From IMG/VR virus record IMGVR_UViG_3300020047_004811, positions 1-64,000 of that record: a DNA stretch of 64,000 nt. The stretch is one strand, 5' to 3'. The translations under genes and the position numbers were made by a program. The notes under the pieces are model-generated. The model did no database searches and had not been told where the DNA came from. It worked only from the letters and a program-made list of their open reading frames with translations. Origin of the DNA: a virus (lineage: Duplodnaviria > Caudoviricetes). Below are positions 58,044 through 64,000 of this stretch, in pieces (the stretch's first letter is position 1; every line of letters starts with the position of its first letter).

Positions 58044-60551
58044 CTATTTCTTCCCTTCTATACGTTTAAGTCTTTCATTTAATGAAGCTAATGATGCAAG
58101 CATCTTAGGTTCAAGATTATCATAGTCCACGATCTTACCTTTAGGGGTATCATGTACTGATTCTTTTCCAAGCTTAGATTTTTCTAAGTCTTGAGCCATA
58201 ACCCCAAGCTCTCTATTTTTAGAGGCGCGAGGGTCATTCTTAACTTCTTCTTTATAATTATAAGAAGCAGGTTTAAGTCTGTCCATAAACTTCTGGACAT
58301 CTTTAGGATTATATTCGATGTCTTCTTTGAGGTCTTTATCTGAGAACATCTTCTTGATTTTCTTTTTAATACTTTTAGTAGAAACACCCTTAATACCTAA
58401 AGCGCCTCCGATATCTCCAATAGCTCTCTCTATATTCTTACCACCACCAAGTCCGTAAAAATTCTCACCTAGTGCACTAACATTGCCATGTAACAAATCA
58501 TTAAGTCCATTTTTTGTAAGATCACCGAAGTTACTAGTGTAGTCTGTTAAATGAGCTTGAGTTCCTGCTATAGCTTTATTCTCATTTTTACTTAGATAAT
58601 CTATAGCTTTAAGTAATTGTTGACCGGCTTCGGTATTTGCGATTGATTTTCCACCAACATTAAGCTTCAACAGTCCTTCCATTAAAGCGTTTTGAGCCTG
58701 TGCTCCAGCTCCAGCAGCATTAAGCACCCCACTACCAACAGCTTGCCCAGTTTGAGCGAAACTATCTCCTCCTGTCAAAACATCAGCTCCTACTTGAAGT
58801 CCCGGTCCTCCGAAAACTCCAGCAAGACCACCGGGGGTTAAATATGTATTTGCTAATACATTAGTGTAATCACCTAAAACACCCTGACCATACGCCATAG
58901 TTTGATTTAGATAACGGGCTTTTTCTGCTGCTAGTTTATCAGCATACTCTTTATCGGAAGCTGCTTTTTGATTCTCTGCTCTAGAAATATATTCTTCAAG
59001 CCCACCAATATCCAAGCCACCTTTCCCAGCTTGGAATCTACCACGACTATCTAAAAACTCAAGATCGGTTCCTGTTTTACCAGCAAGTCTGTCTAAAGCA
59101 TTAATTCGGGCAACATCTTCGTCAGATGCAACCCCAGTGCGACTTAAATTCTCAGCAGCTTTATTTGTAATTCTTTCATTAATTAGTTGATTGACATCTA
59201 AACCTAAATTCAATCCTCTTTGTAGAAGCCCGGTTTGATCTCCGGTTCCTAAAAGCATATTGATATCACCTTGATTTAAATATCCAGCATTCGCGGCTGA
59301 CTGGAGTGCAATACCAGCCCTAGTTAGCTTATCCATCCCAGCAAACTTTTCGTCTTGTCCAATTAGCATATCTTGTATGCTTTTGATATTCGTTTGTCTG
59401 GCAGTTTCAGCATTTTGTAATTCAGCAAGACGAGCATCAAGTCCGCCAGAAATAGGGGTTTTAGTTTGATCTATAATCCCACGAGTTTCTGCACCAAACT
59501 CATTAGCGCGATTAACATATTCAGTAGCCTTACTAGCGGCTTCTCTATTAGCTTGTTGAACACCCTCTACCGCTCCCCTAGTTTGTCTAGCAGCAGCTCC
59601 AATATTAGCAGTAGGGTCTTGCCCTAGAATCAGAGAATCTAAGTTTTTCTGTCCTTGGGTATAATCTCGTCCGCCAACAAATTGTCTAAGGAGTTCTTGA
59701 CGACCTCCGCTAGTTTTAGCAAGATTTCCGAGAGATTCAGCTTGCTGGGCTTGACTTAAAAGTGAGCCAGCTTCTCCAAGTTGATTAGGTCCAGTGTATG
59801 TACCAGTTCTAAATCTAGTAAAGTCTGAGATGTCTTGGTCAGTTGGGAGGTTAGCAGCAACAAGCTTAGCTCGCTCTGCCTTTTGAAAAGCATCTTGTTC
59901 TGCTTGTTTTTGTTTATCATATTGAGACTGTAGTTCAGTCCCGCGAGTATCAAATGTAGAGAAGTCAGTTCCAACTACAGGGTTCAATGCATCAGATTGA
60001 GATTTAAGTCCCTTGATTTGATTTTGAAGATTAGTAAACTCTTGATTCTTAATCTTTGCATCATAATACTCATTATGAGTACCAGTTCCTAATCCTAAAA
60101 AACCTTGTTGTAGCCTTGTTGTGTTGTATTCAGGAGTCTGATCTAGTTTTTGCTGAAGAGAACCGAGCTGAGTACCAAACTGAGCTTGCTGAGTCTTAGC
60201 CGCTTCGACTTCGGCCTGTTTAGCCGCTTTTTCTTGCTCTAATTTTTGCTTACTAGCATCATAGCCCTGCTGAAGTCCAGAGCTTGCTGCAAATTTTGAC
60301 ATGTCTGGCTGATAGTTAGACTCATCGAACTTACCAAGAACACTTTGACGCTGTTGCTTGGCTTCATCTGTATCTAAACGCTTTTTATTGGCTTCTTCTT
60401 CAAATTGTTGTTGAGCGGACTTAACTCCGGACTGAACATTCTGGACCTGCCCGGAAATACCACCAGATACAGCACCGCCCAGCTTACTACCACGGTTAGC
60501 TTGGAGGATGCGATTAATGTTTGTAAATCCAGTACCTTGCTTGATCGCCAT
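58044..60551 (-). CDS. ejection-type protein with C-terminal peptidase S74 chaperone domain
   Basis: FSDKDLKEDI..P.SYNYK..GVMAQDLE..VDY..L..L. Confidence 0.7.
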   Translation of the reverse strand: MAIKQGTGFTNINRILQANRGSKLGGAVSGGISGQVQNVQSGVKSAQQQFEEEANKKRLDTDEAKQQRQSVLGKFDESNYQPDMSKFAASSGLQQGYDASKQKLEQEKAAKQAEVEAAKTQQAQFGTQLGSLQQKLDQTPEYNTTRLQQGFLGLGTGTHNEYYDAKIKNQEFTNLQNQIKGLKSQSDALNPVVGTDFSTFDTRGTELQSQYDKQKQAEQDAFQKAERAKLVAANLPTDQDISDFTRFRTGTYTGPNQLGEAGSLLSQAQQAESLGNLAKTSGGRQELLRQFVGGRDYTQGQKNLDSLILGQDPTANIGAAARQTRGAVEGVQQANREAASKATEYVNRANEFGAETRGIIDQTKTPISGGLDARLAELQNAETARQTNIKSIQDMLIGQDEKFAGMDKLTRAGIALQSAANAGYLNQGDINMLLGTGDQTGLLQRGLNLGLDVNQLINERITNKAAENLSRTGVASDEDVARINALDRLAGKTGTDLEFLDSRGRFQAGKGGLDIGGLEEYISRAENQKAASDKEYADKLAAEKARYLNQTMAYGQGVLGDYTNVLANTYLTPGGLAGVFGGPGLQVGADVLTGGDSFAQTGQAVGSGVLNAAGAGAQAQNALMEGLLKLNVGGKSIANTEAGQQLLKAIDYLSKNENKAIAGTQAHLTDYTSNFGDLTKNGLNDLLHGNVSALGENFYGLGGGKNIERAIGDIGGALGIKGVSTKSIKKKIKKMFSDKDLKEDIEYNPKDVQKFMDRLKPASYNYKEEVKNDPRASKNRELGVMAQDLEKSKLGKESVHDTPKGKIVDYDNLEPKMLASLASLNERLKRIEGKK

Positions 60552-60575
60552 GTATTTTAAACCTCTTACCCCTAA

Positions 60576-60584
60576 AGTTGTTAA
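60576..60584 (-). promoter_or_regulatory. TTAACAACT putative late promoter
   Basis: AGTTGTTAA on +; about 25 nt upstream of the 60551 start, intergenic. Confidence 0.65.
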
Positions 60585-60593
60585 TTCTGCTTA

Positions 60594-61010
60594 TTAAACG
60601 TGCCAAATAATGATATTCAGTGTATATCGATTATTAGCCTGTAACCCAGTAACATGATTCACCAGAATTCCACCACTTATAGCACTATAACTTATAAATG
60701 GTGCTCCAGTTGGGTATAACGCGGTATTTGATTGATTGACAGCAGACACAACATTACACCCAAATACAGAGGTGGTCTTATTTGTTGTAATCGTTGTTAA
60801 ATCAGTAGGAAGGCCGTTAGAATCCACTATAATATCTATAGTTCGGACTGTACAATTTAGGTTATCTACTAGGCTAAGCCTACCGTTTAATGCGAAGTAA
60901 AGCTCATTAAATGAATCATTAATAGGCCCGGCGATCTGTTCAACAAACTTCCTCTCCTCTTTGGGATAATCGTTTGTCACAATACGTTTATAACTACTAA
61001 GTTTTGGCAT
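60594..61010 (-). CDS. virion-operon hypothetical protein
   Basis: ORF track. Confidence 0.6.
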   Translation of the reverse strand: MPKLSSYKRIVTNDYPKEERKFVEQIAGPINDSFNELYFALNGRLSLVDNLNCTVRTIDIIVDSNGLPTDLTTITTNKTTSVFGCNVVSAVNQSNTALYPTGAPFISYSAISGGILVNHVTGLQANNRYTLNIIIWHV

Positions 61011-61016
61011 ATATTC

Positions 61017-64000
61017 CTATCGGAAAGCTCTGATTGATAGCCCGGTTCTACCACTAACCGTTACCCCGTTAATTCTATAATCTTCACGAGCTGTATTATG
61101 GCTAAATTTGATTAGTATATATCTGCATTTTTGGCATTGCCTAGGAACAAAGGTTCTAAAAGGAGCCGAATTTCCCAGTCCGCCAAAAAACCCATCTCCA
61201 AACCCGTCCACATGTCCAAAAATCCCATTACCGTCCAAATTAAACTCTACATCTTTAAACTCAGGGAGTAGGTCAGTAGCGAAGGACATTGTCCCGCCAG
61301 TAAGAGTTCTCGTCTCGAACATAATAGTAGCTTCGGATAGATGCTTCAACATTAAAGGATCAGCGAACGTAATCGGAGAGTAAACAAACATACTCTCAAT
61401 GGCTTTATATACTGTAACCTCACCCACTAGATATTGCAGGGAAAGATTCAGGGTGACCTTCCGAGTCACACGATTAATATCTGTGATAATAGCTTCCTGT
61501 ATTGTATTATTATCAATCAATCTATAGTTATTAAAAGCAACACCCGGGTCATCATTTAATTTCTCAACAATCGCATTATAACATGCTTTTAAATCTTCAA
61601 AACTAGAATCCACAGTTTGCCAATTTCCTGCTGTCCCCATCTCCCTAACAGTAACGGGAATAGAGAATGTGTTAGCATCAATCACAGTAACAACGTAAGT
61701 TCCATTGATTGTAGGTTCAGAGTTAGAACTGTCGATAAGTACGACTCTTCCTGTCAATAAACCATGTGCTATGGATGTGATAACAGTAGCCGGGGCTTCT
61801 GAAATATCGGTGATTGTCCCAGACTGAGTATCGATTATTGCAGCATAATCCGTGTCTGAAACACCGAGATCGGAGTCTAATTTGTCAGCCAACGCTTCTA
61901 AAGAGGTACGTGGGTTGTCACCAGTTACCATTGTTAAGTCAGCAACATATGTATCGTCATCTACTTGGCTATCTAGATCAAGCTTGCGTAGAAGAGTATT
62001 AAACTCAAATGTTGTAATCGTCTGGTCCTGAACAAGCACATCCCCCACATCAAAATTAGTAACAGACGGGAGAATAATTGTATTCCCAATTACTTTATTA
62101 GTAGAGATTACAGAAGTAAACTCACGATCTGCGTAATCAAGTCGACTAAATGTTTTCCGTTCCTGCTCGATATAAGCAACGTCATTTGCTGCCAGATATA
62201 ATCTGTCATCTGCTGGACTTACAACTCCAGCTAAAGGCCCCATTGTATAGTTTGTCCAGCTCTCAGTAAGAGTGCTATATCTATAGCCAATCTGTGCAGT
62301 CTCGTCATTTTCAGCCGCAACCGTAAATACTATATACGAGTTGTCTGACTCATAGCCAATTCCCCAAGTTGCAGTCTTGAAATCTGGGAAGTTAGAGGAC
62401 TGAATACGGAGAATTATATTATCAATCTGACGAGAAATAATAGACGATCCGCCCTCAGATAAACTCTGAATACCTTGAGTTGTCCAAGAATAAATTACGT
62501 TATTAGCAACAGAAACTGAATCAGGAGCTAATGTAATAAAAGAGTTATCAAATAGTTCTAATTGGAATGGGGCTGACTCCCCAGAAATACGATATAACCC
62601 GTCTTCTTTAAATACAAAGAGGGAGTCGCGAAGGGGAACAATTCTAAGAATAGCTTTATCCTGAGCCCCAACATCGAAAAAATTCGAGATAGGCACAGCT
62701 TCTGGTTGTTGAAACTTAGAAAAATATACCCGGTTAGCCCGAGTTTCATTTTCTGAAAAAAGAGCTGAGGTTGCCCTAATAAATGAACCTTCAGTTCCGA
62801 CAACAGTGACTTGTTTATCTATTGAAAATGTAGTATCTGAGATTCTTGTAATTGTCCAGAGTCCGTCAACTACTGGCTGACTATCCGTGCTAGACATAAC
62901 TACTTGGTCGCCGGTTATCATCCCGTGGGCAGTTCCGGTTGTTATAACTGTAGGATTAGCCACGGATATATTGGTTATTGTTCCTTCTGGACCAATATCA
63001 GGGTTAAAAGAAGCCCCAGTTGTATCGTTATTTCCTAGTATATAGAATGGTTCCTCATCAGCTAAGTCTCGAGCTTCTAAAAGCATTTTGCCGGGGACAT
63101 CAAAAGCTGAAGAGAGGTAATACGCGTAAACATTACCCTCTGGATTTTTATTTATAATGCGAATAAAACTACGGGCTGTCTCATCTACAGCTCTGGCTGG
63201 TGAAACTAATGGAGAAAGAAGAACATCCAGTGCCCCAACTTGAGAAACTGTAGTATTTACATATCCGTTATCTGTGGGTGCTCCGGCATAACCATATGCA
63301 TTATTTGTAATATCTAGGTTTGTTCCATTATTCACAACTGTAAATTGTGTAGTTGGAATAGCCGCAGCGGTCAGAGTTGCAAGCTGTGTTTGAGTTTCAG
63401 CCCCAGTTATAGTGATCTCAATTCCAATTCCCGGAAGGACAGGCTCTGTTGAAGCACCGCGCTGATACCAGAAATAGTAAAGATTCTCATCGTTTGTTGT
63501 ATTGAGTGTGAAATAAGCAGAGGTTCCTGCCGCAGGCATACCAGCCCCGGCTGTAGTAATATCTACATTTACAATTTGCGGCTGAACTCGCTCGCCTTGT
63601 CCTGAATCTGTCTGGGAAACACTAAATCCTGAAGTTCCAGCAGTAACTGGGGCTACATAACCAACATCAACATTTGTTATAATAACTTTATTTGTTGCTC
63701 CGGTGATAATAAAATCATCTAGATATGTAGAAAGTTTGTCCCGAGTTTTAAGAGCCACGTTATTAGCAGAGTCGCCAGTTGTAATACTAACTTTAATTCC
63801 GTCGGCTGAGGTATATCCAGCAGGAATAGGATCAACAGTTGAACCGTTAGTTGAATACCAAATATAGTAACTATCTAGCGGAGAGGTCGCCGTGAAATAC
63901 GTTCCGTCGAGCGAATCAGCAACATCTGCAACTGTCGTGACTTCTGTAACTTCTTGTACACCAACAATAAAGCTATATGTACTAGAAGAGAAGCCGTTAG
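61017..64000 (-). CDS. tail tubular/nozzle-like structural protein (5' end outside the window)
   Basis: Frame is open from 63998; beta-propeller-like segments (RVYFSKFQQPE, LFVFKEDG), two FCCH-like inserts, C-terminal RYILIKFSH. Confidence 0.65.
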   Translation of the reverse strand, partial: NGFSSSTYSFIVGVQEVTEVTTVADVADSLDGTYFTATSPLDSYYIWYSTNGSTVDPIPAGYTSADGIKVSITTGDSANNVALKTRDKLSTYLDDFIITGATNKVIITNVDVGYVAPVTAGTSGFSVSQTDSGQGERVQPQIVNVDITTAGAGMPAAGTSAYFTLNTTNDENLYYFWYQRGASTEPVLPGIGIEITITGAETQTQLATLTAAAIPTTQFTVVNNGTNLDITNNAYGYAGAPTDNGYVNTTVSQVGALDVLLSPLVSPARAVDETARSFIRIINKNPEGNVYAYYLSSAFDVPGKMLLEARDLADEEPFYILGNNDTTGASFNPDIGPEGTITNISVANPTVITTGTAHGMITGDQVVMSSTDSQPVVDGLWTITRISDTTFSIDKQVTVVGTEGSFIRATSALFSENETRANRVYFSKFQQPEAVPISNFFDVGAQDKAILRIVPLRDSLFVFKEDGLYRISGESAPFQLELFDNSFITLAPDSVSVANNVIYSWTTQGIQSLSEGGSSIISRQIDNIILRIQSSNFPDFKTATWGIGYESDNSYIVFTVAAENDETAQIGYRYSTLTESWTNYTMGPLAGVVSPADDRLYLAANDVAYIEQERKTFSRLDYADREFTSVISTNKVIGNTIILPSVTNFDVGDVLVQDQTITTFEFNTLLRKLDLDSQVDDDTYVADLTMVTGDNPRTSLEALADKLDSDLGVSDTDYAAIIDTQSGTITDISEAPATVITSIAHGLLTGRVVLIDSSNSEPTINGTYVVTVIDANTFSIPVTVREMGTAGNWQTVDSSFEDLKACYNAIVEKLNDDPGVAFNNYRLIDNNTIQEAIITDINRVTRKVTLNLSLQYLVGEVTVYKAIESMFVYSPITFADPLMLKHLSEATIMFETRTLTGGTMSFATDLLPEFKDVEFNLDGNGIFGHVDGFGDGFFGGLGNSAPFRTFVPRQCQKCRYILIKFSHNTAREDYRINGVTVSGRTGLSIRAFR

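Noticed and set aside
570-62803. Antisense and nested ORFs in the track (e.g. 570-917, 2976-3233, 7608-7937, 9867-10307, 23338-23535, 55384-55740)
   Set aside because: They overlap well-supported genes in other frames, lack SD or motifs, and break the strand organisation.

Overview
Part of a large, AT-rich, podovirus-like lytic dsDNA phage genome; the host is unknown. The + strand (1-51.7 kb) carries, in order: an early region rich in non-coding RNA, a phiEco32-like amide-ligase cluster interleaved with about 20 paralogous micro-ORFs, a Mom-like DNA-modification gene, nucleotide metabolism genes (class II RNR, dCMP deaminase, dUTPase, dNMP kinase, thioredoxin), recombination/replication genes (Cas4-like exonuclease, ERF, primase-helicase, a family B DNA polymerase split by a GIY-YIG endonuclease) and several free-standing homing endonucleases. 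The - strand (51.7-64 kb) carries a convergent virion/lysis operon: holin, ejection-type proteins (two with S74 motifs) and a tail nozzle-like protein cut off by the window edge. The most striking unannotated signals are five. (1) Five complete hammerhead ribozymes lie in the first 6.6 kb. Four precede a ribosome-binding site, two bracket a ~440-nt structured RNA, and three carry extra RNA modules (bulged-G or tRNA-like) in stem III. (2) The micro-protein array has constant termini and variable middles. (3) A TTAACAACT putative late promoter, usually with an RBS-occluding hairpin, precedes five homing endonucleases. (4) The DNA polymerase is split with no intron. (5) tRNA-like and other small structured RNAs start at sigma70-type promoters. 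All RNA folds were derived by eye and all protein families by motif recognition; no database search was run.
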